DNA from: an uncultured Gemmatimonadales bacterium
GTDB taxonomy: Bacteria > Gemmatimonadota > Gemmatimonadetes > Gemmatimonadales > GWC2-71-9
DNA length: 64,000 bases
NCBI GenBank assembly: GCA_963695555.1
Contig: CAVOGR010000004.1
Location: forward strand, 1-64,000
Direction of reading: 5' to 3'
The notes under the pieces: model-generated
What the model was told of the DNA's origin: nothing
What the model saw: the letters and a program-made list of their open reading frames with translations, nothing else
Databases searched by the model: none
Program-made: the position numbers and the translations under genes
Shown: in pieces, positions 48,435 to 57,861 of the stretch
How the letters are laid out: each line of letters starts with the position of its first letter
How positions within the stretch are numbered: the first letter of the stretch is position 1

Positions 48435-49306
48435 GTTCACCCACATCCCGGTACATCGATCTGCACCTCCATTCCACCGCGTCGGATGGGACGCTCAGCC
48501 CGCGGGTCGTCGTCGAACGAGCGCGGCAGGCCAATCTTGCGGCGATCGCTCTGACCGATCACGACACCCTTGCCGGGCTCAAGGAAGCGTGCGAAGCCGG
48601 GGAGCAAGTGGGCCTTCGGGTGGTGAGCGGCTGCGAATTCTCGGTGGCCGCCACATGGGGTGAACTTCATGTGCTCGGGTATTTCTTGCCGTCCGCATCG
48701 GATGAGATCGAGACTTTTCTGGCCGAACGCCGCAACGACCGCTATCGTCGGGCGGGCGGAATGGTCTCGCGGCTCCATGGCCTCGGAGTAAAGATCGAAT
48801 TTGAGCACGTTCTCGAGACGGCAGGTGGCGGGGCCATCGGGCGGCCGCACGTGGCTCAAGCACTGGTGGACCGCGGTGCCGTTCGGGATGTGCAGGACGC
48901 CTTCGATCGGTATCTCGGCCGAGGCAAGCCGGCATTTGTCGCGAAGGACCTGCCGAAGTTTCGGGACGTTGCCGATCTGGTCCACCGAGTCGGCGGCCTG
49001 GTCTCGGCCGCTCACATAAAGGATCGGGGCACGAGGCGTGCCCTCCGGCGACTGCGCGATGACGGTCTCGATGCCGTGGAGATCCGCCACCCAAGCCACA
49101 CTCCAGAAACCCGTACCGTCTTGGCTGAGCATGCTGCCGACCTCGGCCTCGTGCCGACGGGCGGCAGCGACTGGCACGGCGATGCCGGGTCCACGCCGTC
49201 ACTGACGACCATCGGGGCGCAACAGGTGCCAGAGGAGTGGCTCACCCAGCTCGAGCGGAGACGCGACGCGCGGGCAGCCCATCGGCAGATCCGAGGCGCG
49301 GACTGA
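48401..49306 (+). CDS. PHP-domain phosphoesterase (YciV/TrpH-like); start uncertain
   Basis: DLHLHSTASDG, ALTDHD, GCEFS, HVLGY, GRPHVA, TGGSDWHG. Confidence 0.9.
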   Translation: MDGTGDGVRALSSPTSRYIDLHLHSTASDGTLSPRVVVERARQANLAAIALTDHDTLAGLKEACEAGEQVGLRVVSGCEFSVAATWGELHVLGYFLPSASDEIETFLAERRNDRYRRAGGMVSRLHGLGVKIEFEHVLETAGGGAIGRPHVAQALVDRGAVRDVQDAFDRYLGRGKPAFVAKDLPKFRDVADLVHRVGGLVSAAHIKDRGTRRALRRLRDDGLDAVEIRHPSHTPETRTVLAEHAADLGLVPTGGSDWHGDAGSTPSLTTIGAQQVPEEWLTQLERRRDARAAHRQIRGAD

Positions 49307-49441
49307 CGACACAGGAGGCGAACAATGGGCAGAGTGATCGGAAGCGTCATTCGGCGCAATCGGGGTGCGGATCGGCGCCCGCGTGCGCCCGACGCAGTCG
49401 GCATGACGGAGAGGTGTCGGTGAACCCAGTCGGGGATTGCA

Positions 49442-50902
49442 ATGGCTGAAAGTCCATGGTATAGGCGCATCCACATTCCGCACGTCTTCGTCCTGCTGAC
49501 GGCGGTCGTCTTCATCGGGATGCTTTTTACCTACGTGCTTCCCTCGGGCGAGTACCGCCGCGAAACCAAGGAGATCGAAGGCCGGGAGCGCACCCTCGTT
49601 GTGCCCGGCACCTTTCAATCCATTCCAAAGCACTACTCGCTCCGGGGCGTGTTGATCGGCGATTCGGAGAACGCGCCAGAAGAGTTCGCCGAGCCGGTCA
49701 GTGTCCAGGGGTTCCTCACGGCAATCCCCCGCGGGCTCGAGCAATCCGCCGACATCATCTTCTTCATTTTCATGATCGGCGGCACCTTCGGCATCCTGCA
49801 GCGCTCCGGCACCATACCCGCCATGATCCGGATGCTGTTGGACCGGTTCGGGCACTCGGCCAAGCTCTTGACCATCATCATCATGCTGGCGATTGCCGCT
49901 GGGGGGTCCACGCTCGGGATGGGCGAGGAGTTCATACCGCTCGTGCCGGTCTTTCTCATCATTTCCCAGCGCCTCGGGTACGATCGAATCTACGGTCTGG
50001 CTCTGGTGATGCTGGCGGCGGACATGGGGTTTGCCTCGGCGACGACCAACCCGTTCACCATCAATATTGCCCAGGGCATCGCCGAACTACCGCTCAACAG
50101 CGGCATGGGGCTCCGACTAGTGTTCTTCGTCTGCTGCCTCACGCTCACCATCGTCTACGTCCTGCGCTATGGCGCGAAAATCAAGCGCGATCCGTCGCTC
50201 TCGCTGGTGGCCGACGAAGCCGAGCATCTTCCGCCCGACACCTTGGACGATCACACGTTCGGCCGGAGACACTTCGCCACAATCACCCTCTGCCTCCTGA
50301 TCTTCGCGGGCATTCTTTACGGCGTGCAGGCGCTCGACTGGTGGATGGCCGATATGGCCGGCGGCTTCTTTCTAATGGGCCTCGTCGCGGCCGCCATCTC
50401 CGGGCTATCCCTCAAGGCCTCGAGCGAAGCATTCGTCAAAGGCATGGAGGACATGGTGGTTGCGGCGCTCGTGGTAGGGTTCGCCCGGGGCATCCAGGTG
50501 GTGATGATCGATGGGCAGATCCTCGATACGCTGATCCACTCCGCAGCCTCCGTTCTCCAAACCGTGCCGCGCTACGTTTCGGTCGAAGGCATGCTCGCCT
50601 TCCAGACCTCGCTCAACTTCCTGGTTCCGAGCGGGTCCGGGCAGGCCGCGGTCACCATGCCGCTCATGGCACCGCTGGCGGACGTGCTCGGCATCACCCG
50701 ACAGACGGCGGTCCTGGCCTTCCAGTTCGGTGACGGCCTGTCGAACACCATCGTTCCCACGTCGGGTGTGCTCATGGCCATGCTGGCCCTGGCCCGGATT
50801 CCGTACGGTAAGTGGCTCCGCTTCGTGCTGCCGCTCTTCCTGCAGGTGACCGCGCTCGCCGCCGTGTTCTTGGCCATCGCGGTGGCCATAGGGTATCGGT
50901 GA
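49442..50902 (+). CDS. YfcC/ArcD-like (DcuC superfamily) membrane transporter
   Basis: IPHVFVLL, PSGEY, GMGEEFI, TTNPFT...AQGIAELP...SG, PSGSGQA, RQTAVLAFQFGDG. Confidence 0.9.
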   Translation: MAESPWYRRIHIPHVFVLLTAVVFIGMLFTYVLPSGEYRRETKEIEGRERTLVVPGTFQSIPKHYSLRGVLIGDSENAPEEFAEPVSVQGFLTAIPRGLEQSADIIFFIFMIGGTFGILQRSGTIPAMIRMLLDRFGHSAKLLTIIIMLAIAAGGSTLGMGEEFIPLVPVFLIISQRLGYDRIYGLALVMLAADMGFASATTNPFTINIAQGIAELPLNSGMGLRLVFFVCCLTLTIVYVLRYGAKIKRDPSLSLVADEAEHLPPDTLDDHTFGRRHFATITLCLLIFAGILYGVQALDWWMADMAGGFFLMGLVAAAISGLSLKASSEAFVKGMEDMVVAALVVGFARGIQVVMIDGQILDTLIHSAASVLQTVPRYVSVEGMLAFQTSLNFLVPSGSGQAAVTMPLMAPLADVLGITRQTAVLAFQFGDGLSNTIVPTSGVLMAMLALARIPYGKWLRFVLPLFLQVTALAAVFLAIAVAIGYR

Positions 50903-50907
50903 AAAAC

Positions 50908-50934
50908 AGGGAGTAGGGAGTAGGGAGTAGGGAG
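50908..50934 (+). repeat. Tandem heptamer (AGGGAGT) x about 4, G-quadruplex consensus
   Basis: GGGAGTAGGGAGTAGGGAGTAGGG directly after the transporter stop codon. Confidence 0.85.
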
Positions 50935-51003
50935 AAGAGGAGACGGTAGGTCTAAAGGCGAGCTGCTTGATTAGTGACTTTGAATCGCGAAGGAGATTGG
51001 CTG

Positions 51004-51849
51004 ATGGCTCGACGAGGGACGACCTTCCTTGTGTTGGTTAGCGTATTGGCGGCGGGGTGCACTGGGAAGTCGCCGCGCCAGGCTGAGGACGCGGATTCTG
51101 CGGTGCAGCTCCCCATCACATCCTCTATACCCGCCGCAATTCTCGGCGAGGCTCCGCCGCCCCGAGGCGAGACGGTGAGGTACCTACTGGGCGATACGTT
51201 GACCCGAGGGTATCTGTCTGTACCCGATGGAGAGGGGCCGTTTCCGGCGCTCATCCTGATTCACGAATGGAACGGCCTGAGCGACCGCGTGCGGCAAGTG
51301 GCCGATGCGTTCGCCGACCAGGGATACGTGGTTTTGGCGGCCGACCTCTACCGCGGGCGCACCGGCTCCAACCGTGACGAGAACATGGCCCTGGTCAACG
51401 AGACCCGTGGAGACATGGCCGCGGTCATCGCGAATCTGGATCAGGCCCAACGGCTGCTGCGCGACCGTCCGGATGTGACGGGCAAGGTCGGCGTCATGGG
51501 ATGGTGCTTCGGCGGTGGGATCGCGTTGAGCTACGCCCTGGGCGGGGAGCATCACGACGCGACGGCCATATTCTATGGCTCGCTGATCGAGGATCCGGCC
51601 GAGTTGGCCCGGCTCGATCACCCGGTATACGGCACCTTCGCCGAGCTGGATCAGGGCATTCCACCGGAGCAGGTGGAGCGCTTTGCCACCGCCCTCGCGG
51701 CGCTCGGGATTGACAACGACATTCACGTCTACGATGCGGTAAACCATGGGTTCTGGTTGCGGGTCGATGAAGACCGTGCGGTGCGGGAGGGACCCGCGCG
51801 AGACGCGTGGGAGCGGTTGGTGGGATTTCTCGGACGGGTGCTGAGGTAG
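51004..51849 (+). CDS. Dienelactone hydrolase family lipoprotein
   Basis: AAGGAG RBS; lipobox AAGC; IHEWNGL, GWCFGG nucleophile, acid Asp, HGF. Confidence 0.9.
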   Translation: MARRGTTFLVLVSVLAAGCTGKSPRQAEDADSAVQLPITSSIPAAILGEAPPPRGETVRYLLGDTLTRGYLSVPDGEGPFPALILIHEWNGLSDRVRQVADAFADQGYVVLAADLYRGRTGSNRDENMALVNETRGDMAAVIANLDQAQRLLRDRPDVTGKVGVMGWCFGGGIALSYALGGEHHDATAIFYGSLIEDPAELARLDHPVYGTFAELDQGIPPEQVERFATALAALGIDNDIHVYDAVNHGFWLRVDEDRAVREGPARDAWERLVGFLGRVLR

Positions 51850-51850
51850 C

Positions 51851-54046
51851 GTGATGATCGACGCGGCGGCGACGCTCATCCAAGCGCTGTCGGGCCGCTA
51901 CGCCATCAAGCGCGAGCTGGGCGCGGGCGGCATGGCGAGGGTGTATGCGGCCGAGGATATCAAACATCGCCGCCACGTCGCAATCAAAGTGTTACGGCCG
52001 GAACTCGCGGCCTCGGTCGGCGCGGAGCGGTTTCTTCAGGAGATCCAGACCACCGCAAATATGCGGCATCCGCACATCCTGCCGCTCTATGACTCGGGTG
52101 ACGCCGACGGCGTGCTCTACTACGTCATGCCGCTGGTGGAGGGAGAATCCCTCCGGGATCGGCTGGACCGCGAGACCCAGCTGCCGGTGGCCGACGCGAT
52201 TCAGATTGCGTGGGAGGTGGCCGATGCGCTGAGCTACGCCCACCGGCGGGGCGTGATCCATCGCGACATCAAGCCGGAGAACATCATGCTCGAGGGCGGG
52301 CACGCGACGGTGACCGACTTCGGGATCGCGCGGGCGCTGGCTGCCGCGGGGGAGGCGCGACTGACGGATGTCGGACTGGCGATCGGGACCCCGGCCTACA
52401 TGAGCCCGGAGCAGTCGGGTGGTGAGGAGGTAGATCACCGGAGCGATGTGTACAGTCTCGGCTGCGTGCTCTACGAGATGCTGGCGGGGGAGCAACCGTA
52501 TACCGGACCCACCGCGCAGGCCGTGATCGCACGGCGGCTGACCGATCCGGTGCCCTCGGCACGGCGGGTCCGCGACACCGTATCCTCCAATCTCGACACG
52601 GCCGTCATGAGGGCCCTGGCCAAGATTCCGGCCGATCGATTCGGGAGCGCCGCCGAATTCGGGCAGGCCCTGCAAGATGCCAATCGGGCGGTTCCACTGC
52701 CGGAGGAATTGCGGCCCGCCTCGGTCACGTTCGTAGGTTCGGCAGGGCTCATGCAGGAGCGGAGTGCCCGGTCGATTGCTGTTCTTCCCTTTACCGACAT
52801 GAGTCCGGAGCACGATCAGGAGTATTTCTGCGACGGGATGTGCGAAGAGATCATCAACACGCTCGCCAAGGTCAGGGGTTTGCGGGTAGCCTCGCGCGTG
52901 TCGGCGTTCGGATTCAAGAACTCGGAAGCCGACAGCCGGACCATTGGCGAACGGCTCGATGTGTCCAAGCTGCTCGATGGCAGCGTCCGTAAGGCCGGCA
53001 ATCAAATCCGGATCAGTGTGCAGCTCATCGATGTCGCCAACGACAGCCATCTCTGGTCGGAGCGCTATGATCGAACGCTGGATGACATCTTCGCCATTCA
53101 GGAAGACATCGCCCAGAGCATCGTCCAGGCGCTCCAGGTGACCCTCACTCCTGCTGAGAGCCGAGCTCTTCAGGATGCCCCTACCACCCACGCCGCCGCC
53201 TACGATTTCTATCTTCGCGGTCGGGAGTTCTTCTATCTGCAAAGCCGGCGGGATCACGATTTCGCCCGTCAGATGTTTTCCCGGGCAATCGAGATCGATC
53301 CTGCCTTCACCCGGGCCTACGCCGGGTTGGCCGACACCATCGCCTACGTCTATAAGCATTTCGATCGGGATGCGGCGCTGCTGGACGAGGCCGACGCCGC
53401 GAGTGCGAAGGCCATTCAGCTCGATCCGGGCTTGGCCGAGGCACACGCTTCTCGTGGCGTGGTGCACTGGCTCAAGGAACGGGGCGAGGACGCGGATGGT
53501 GAGTTCGAGACCGCGATTCGCCTCAATCCGAATCTCTTCGAGGCCTACTACTTATATGGCATCTCGTGCTTCAACCGAGGGAAGTTCGAGCAGGCGGCCC
53601 GGCTGTTCGAGCAGGCAGCGGTGGTCCGTCCTGAAGACTATCAGTCACCGCTCATTCTCGGTCCTGTGTACAGAGCGCTGGGTCGCGAAGAGGAAGCGAT
53701 GCAGGCAAATCGCCGCGGGCTCGACGTCGCCAAACGGCATCTGGACCTCCACCCGGAAGATGCGCGGGCTTGGTACCTCGGGGCGAATGCGCTGGTCGTG
53801 CTGGGCGAGGCCGATCTGGGCTTCACATGGGCGGAGAAGGCGCGTGCGATGGATCCGGAGAATCCACTCCTCTTCTACAATCTGGCTTGCATCTACGCCG
53901 TTGCAGATCGCATTGACGAAGCCCTCGACTTGATCGAACGAGCGGTCGACTTAGGGTACCCGCACAGAGAAAGCCTGGTGAACGACCCCGACTTCGAGCC
54001 GCTCCGCGATCAGCCCCGCTTCAGCGCGTTGCTTGCCAGGCTCTGA
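51851..54046 (+). CDS. Hanks-type Ser/Thr kinase with TolB-N-like and TPR domains
   Basis: GAGGMARVY, HRDIKPEN, DFG, GTPAYMSPE; SIAVLPF...EYFCDG...HLWSERYDR; TPRs ending YNLACIYA...DPDF. Confidence 0.94.
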   Translation: MMIDAAATLIQALSGRYAIKRELGAGGMARVYAAEDIKHRRHVAIKVLRPELAASVGAERFLQEIQTTANMRHPHILPLYDSGDADGVLYYVMPLVEGESLRDRLDRETQLPVADAIQIAWEVADALSYAHRRGVIHRDIKPENIMLEGGHATVTDFGIARALAAAGEARLTDVGLAIGTPAYMSPEQSGGEEVDHRSDVYSLGCVLYEMLAGEQPYTGPTAQAVIARRLTDPVPSARRVRDTVSSNLDTAVMRALAKIPADRFGSAAEFGQALQDANRAVPLPEELRPASVTFVGSAGLMQERSARSIAVLPFTDMSPEHDQEYFCDGMCEEIINTLAKVRGLRVASRVSAFGFKNSEADSRTIGERLDVSKLLDGSVRKAGNQIRISVQLIDVANDSHLWSERYDRTLDDIFAIQEDIAQSIVQALQVTLTPAESRALQDAPTTHAAAYDFYLRGREFFYLQSRRDHDFARQMFSRAIEIDPAFTRAYAGLADTIAYVYKHFDRDAALLDEADAASAKAIQLDPGLAEAHASRGVVHWLKERGEDADGEFETAIRLNPNLFEAYYLYGISCFNRGKFEQAARLFEQAAVVRPEDYQSPLILGPVYRALGREEEAMQANRRGLDVAKRHLDLHPEDARAWYLGANALVVLGEADLGFTWAEKARAMDPENPLLFYNLACIYAVADRIDEALDLIERAVDLGYPHRESLVNDPDFEPLRDQPRFSALLARL

Positions 54047-54082
54047 CGCGGTGGCATAGCCCACGCAACCGGGTCACCGGAC

Positions 54083-54874
54083 ATGCAAGACCCCCCTGTT
54101 CAACTCGGCGACATCGTGGTCGTGGGCGGAGGCTGCTACGGAGCGTTCTATACCCGACAGCTGATCGACGCCTGCCAGAGGGGCAAAGTCAGGTACCGGA
54201 GACTCGTTGTCGTCGATCGAGATCCCGCGTGCCAGGTTCGCCAAGCCAGCGCGGACGGTTACGAGTTCGTGGTCGAGGATTGGGACGCGTTCTTCGATCG
54301 CTACTTGGGCGAAGCGGCGGACGGCAGCGGCACGATGCCCGCCAGCAGTATGATCGTTCCCTCGCCGCTCATGCCGCACCTCATGTACCGCTGGCTGCTC
54401 AGGCGGGCCCGGTCGCGCTGGCCCGACCGCGCCGTCCAAACGGCCCCGCTCGGCCGGCGCCTCGGCACGCCGTACGAGAGCACGGCACCCGACCTGACCC
54501 AGTATGTGTCCTTCGCCGATTGGCTCTGCCCCACCCACTGCGTCGAGCCGTCGACCTGCCCCGTCATCAAGGCTCCGCGCACCTGGGAAATGGGTGAGGC
54601 CCTGGGTGACTATGTGCGTACCGCCCCTCGAGCGGAGCACGTGAATGGTCCATTGCTCTTCGTATGCCGGCACCAGGTGCATGGAGTGGGCGCATTTGCC
54701 GTGGACGAGGTGGTGGCCGGCGACCAGCGTGTGGCCGAGGCGGGGGCGGACGCCGGCCCGGTCGATATCATCGTTGGGACAATCTCCGCGTGCCACGGAG
54801 CCGTGAATCGCCTTCGTATCGGCCTGTCCGAGCCATCGGTGGGTCCGGGAACCGCTGAGCGTTCTATATTATGA
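54083..54874 (+). CDS. Hypothetical Rossmann-start protein with Cys/His cluster
   Basis: IVVVGGGCYG, VVVD; CPTHCVEPSTCP, CRH, SACHG. Confidence 0.75.
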   Translation: MQDPPVQLGDIVVVGGGCYGAFYTRQLIDACQRGKVRYRRLVVVDRDPACQVRQASADGYEFVVEDWDAFFDRYLGEAADGSGTMPASSMIVPSPLMPHLMYRWLLRRARSRWPDRAVQTAPLGRRLGTPYESTAPDLTQYVSFADWLCPTHCVEPSTCPVIKAPRTWEMGEALGDYVRTAPRAEHVNGPLLFVCRHQVHGVGAFAVDEVVAGDQRVAEAGADAGPVDIIVGTISACHGAVNRLRIGLSEPSVGPGTAERSIL

Positions 54875-54934
54875 CGTGGATTGCGCACCGGCGTCCGCGG
54901 ATCGAACGCTGACCTCAAGAGGAAGACGTACTCA

Positions 54935-55888
54935 ATGGGACACCCCACCAACGAATTCGATGTCATCATCATCGGGGCCGGACCGGCCGGCCTCTGCGCC
55001 GGGATGTATGCCGGGCGGGGCATGTTGAAGGCCGTGGTGCTGGAGCGCGGGGTGCCCGGCGGCGAGCTGCTCAATACGGAATTGATCGAAGACTACATCG
55101 GATTCGAGAGCATTCTCGGGCGCGACCTGGCCCAAAAGATGGCAGACCATGCCAAGAAATTCGGCGCGGACATCCGGCAGGAGAACGTCGAGGCCATCGA
55201 GAAGATGCCCGATGGCATGTTCGAAGTCAGAACGTCCAGCGGCACGGTGTACCGTGCACCGACCGCCATCATCACTGCGGGCGGCACACCGAACAAGCTG
55301 GGCGTGCCGGGAGAGCAGGAATATGCCGGCCGTGGCGTGTCGTATTGCGCCGTCTGTGACGGGGCCTTCTTCAAGGGTGAGACCATCGCGGTGGTCGGCG
55401 GTGGCGACGCCGCCGTGGAAGAAGCCGATTACCTGACGCGTTATGCGGAGAAGGTCTATCTCATCCATCGCCGCGACGAGCTCCGGGCCTCGAGGCTGCT
55501 CCAGGAACGGCTGTTCGCGAATCCGAAGATCGAGATGATCTGGAGTAAGGTGGTGGAGGAAATCAGCGGAGGCCCGAAGGGGGTCACGGGCATGGCGCTG
55601 AAAGACACCGTCACCAATGAGACGAGCAGGCTCGCCGTGACCGGGTGTTTCGTCTTCATCGGGTTCACGCCCAATTCAGGGCTGATCAAGGGACACTTCG
55701 ACCACGACGCGAGCGGCTACATCAAGACCGACGATCGGATGATGACCTCGATTCCCGGCCTCTTCGCGGCCGGCGACCTTCGGGTCCAGCTGACCCGGCA
55801 AATCACCACCGCCGTCGGCGATGGCACCACGGCAGCCATTGCTGTCGAGAAGTACTTGAAAGAGGCGGTCGAGGTGGCGCGATCGTGA
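54935..55888 (+). CDS. trxB: Thioredoxin reductase
   Basis: IIGAGPAG, GRGVSYCAVCDG, VVGGGDAAVEEA, IHRRD, FAAGD. Confidence 0.96.
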   Translation: MGHPTNEFDVIIIGAGPAGLCAGMYAGRGMLKAVVLERGVPGGELLNTELIEDYIGFESILGRDLAQKMADHAKKFGADIRQENVEAIEKMPDGMFEVRTSSGTVYRAPTAIITAGGTPNKLGVPGEQEYAGRGVSYCAVCDGAFFKGETIAVVGGGDAAVEEADYLTRYAEKVYLIHRRDELRASRLLQERLFANPKIEMIWSKVVEEISGGPKGVTGMALKDTVTNETSRLAVTGCFVFIGFTPNSGLIKGHFDHDASGYIKTDDRMMTSIPGLFAAGDLRVQLTRQITTAVGDGTTAAIAVEKYLKEAVEVARS

Positions 55889-56529
55889 CCCCCGAAATCG
55901 TCACCATTCCCAACGGGCAGTTCCTCCAGAACTGTCTCCTCGTGGCCGATCCCGCCTCGAATGAGGCGGCGATGGTCGACCCGGGCGAAGAGGCGGACAG
56001 GTTCCTAGCTACATTGAACGACCGGGGCTGGACGCTCCGCGCCATCTGGCTGACCCATGCCCACATCGACCACATGCTCGGCGTCCGAGCGGTGAAGGCG
56101 GCGACGGGAGCGCCGATTTACCTGCATCCGCTCGACCGGCCGCTCTACGATGCGGTGGCCGAGCAGGCCAGGTGGTTCGGCATCCGGGCCGAGCCCGCGC
56201 CGCCGCCCGACGTGGAGTTGATGGACGGCGATACGTTGACCATCGGCGATGCGTCCTTTCGCGTGCGGCACACGCCGGGTCACTCTCCCGGCAGCGTGAG
56301 CCTGGTCGGTCACGGAGCAATCATCGGAGGTGATGTCCTATTTCAGGGGTCGATTGGCCGGACCGACCTGCCTGGCGGCGACTACGACACCTTGTTACAG
56401 AGCATCCACCGAGAGTTTCTCTCCCAATCCGACGACACCGTGGTGTACACGGGCCACGGTCCTCATACTACCGTGGGTGCCGAGCGGCGCACCAATCCGT
56501 TCCTCACCGGAGCGATCCGGCTTGCCTGA
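55885..56529 (+). CDS. MBL-fold hydrolase (glyoxalase II/YcbL-like)
   Basis: THAHIDH, TPGHSPG, GDVLF, GSIGRTDLPGG, GHG; GTGA overlap with trxB. Confidence 0.92.
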   Translation: MTPEIVTIPNGQFLQNCLLVADPASNEAAMVDPGEEADRFLATLNDRGWTLRAIWLTHAHIDHMLGVRAVKAATGAPIYLHPLDRPLYDAVAEQARWFGIRAEPAPPPDVELMDGDTLTIGDASFRVRHTPGHSPGSVSLVGHGAIIGGDVLFQGSIGRTDLPGGDYDTLLQSIHREFLSQSDDTVVYTGHGPHTTVGAERRTNPFLTGAIRLA

Positions 56530-56604
56530 ATTCCGCGCCGCACGACGCGGCGACGACCAACGCACGTAGGCCGCGCGACTCTCCCGCCATCGCCCAACCA
56601 CGCC

Positions 56605-57861
56605 ATGACCGCGTCCACTCACTCAGCCGACATCTCAGCGCTGGTATCGGAAAAGCGGGCTGCCCCGTTCGATCGGTCGAGGCCCCTCCCCGAACCACTC
56701 CGGCCCGATGCGCGGTTGTCCGTGCTCGACGCGACCAAATACTTCGGCGACAGGACAGGGGGTATTCGGACCTACCTGCTGGAGAAAGCGCGCTACGTGG
56801 CTACCCACCCCGAGCTGCGGCACACGCTGGTCGTCCCGGGCTCCCGGGACAGCGTGGCCGAGATCGACGGCGTGCGCTGCTATCGGCTGCGCAATTTCAA
56901 CATCCCGACCCAGCGACCCTATCGGTTCCTCTTGAACGCCGCCCTCATCGAGCGGGTGCTCGATCGCGAGCGTCCCGATCTCATCGAGATCGGGAGTCCG
57001 CTCATGGTGCCGTGGGTCATCCGGCGAGCCAATCGACGCCACCGGATTCCCATGGTCTGGTTCTTCCATAGCAACGTGCCACAGGTGGTGAGCCGGATCG
57101 GCCCGCGCGTTGGGCGCGGGCTCATGGTCCGTGTGGCGCGGGCCCACACCCGTCGGGTTGGATCATTCTGTCGAGCGACGTTTGCCACGTCCGAGGCTGC
57201 GGCTCGAGACCTCGAAGGGTACGGTGTCGGGCCGGTCATCCGCACTTCCCTCGGGGTCGATCTCGAGCAGTTCTCGCCGCTGCTCCGCAAGCGGGCTCAT
57301 GAGGTCCGTAGCCGGACCGGACTCCCTGCCGGACCACTTGCCATCTACACCGGCCGGCTCGCCGTCGAGAAGCAATTGGACGTTCTGCTCGATGCTTGGG
57401 CCCACGTGGAGCGGAGAACAGGCACCCGGCTGGTCGTCGTGGGCGACGGCGCCGCCCGGAAGAAGCTTCAGCACCATCCGTATGCGCCGCGGGTCACGTG
57501 GCGTCCGTTCCAACCGGATCGGGGCGCCGTGGCCGAGCTGCTGGCGGCTGCTGACGTATTCGTCACCCCCAGCGCCGCCGAGACGTTCGGGCTCGCCGCA
57601 CTCGAAGCATTGGCCTCTGGCGTGCCGGTCCTCTCGGCCGCAACGGGAGCGGTAGCCGAGCTTGTCGAGGCTTCCGGCGCCGGACGCACCTTCGCGAGCG
57701 GTGACTCCAGTGACCTGGCCAACCAGGCGGTGTGGTTGCTCAGTCAAGATCTCCCGGCCCTGGGAAAGCGAGGACGGGCGTTTGCCGAGCGGCACCACTC
57801 CTGGCATGGAGTGTTCGACCGCCTGTTCGCCGCGTATCGGCAGGTCGTGGCCGCCGCATGA
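56605..57861 (+). CDS. GT4 (GT-B) glycosyltransferase
   Basis: GGIRTYL, GRLAVEK, VGDG, ETFGLAALEALASGVPV (Ex7E). Confidence 0.92.
   Translation: MTASTHSADISALVSEKRAAPFDRSRPLPEPLRPDARLSVLDATKYFGDRTGGIRTYLLEKARYVATHPELRHTLVVPGSRDSVAEIDGVRCYRLRNFNIPTQRPYRFLLNAALIERVLDRERPDLIEIGSPLMVPWVIRRANRRHRIPMVWFFHSNVPQVVSRIGPRVGRGLMVRVARAHTRRVGSFCRATFATSEAAARDLEGYGVGPVIRTSLGVDLEQFSPLLRKRAHEVRSRTGLPAGPLAIYTGRLAVEKQLDVLLDAWAHVERRTGTRLVVVGDGAARKKLQHHPYAPRVTWRPFQPDRGAVAELLAAADVFVTPSAAETFGLAALEALASGVPVLSAATGAVAELVEASGAGRTFASGDSSDLANQAVWLLSQDLPALGKRGRAFAERHHSWHGVFDRLFAAYRQVVAAA

Noticed and set aside
49421..49423. Selenocysteine read-through of the in-frame TGA
   Set aside because: No convincing SECIS hairpin downstream and no redox motif context.
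43831..50934. CRISPR array
   Set aside because: The repeats are 7-mers without unique spacers, and there are no cas genes.
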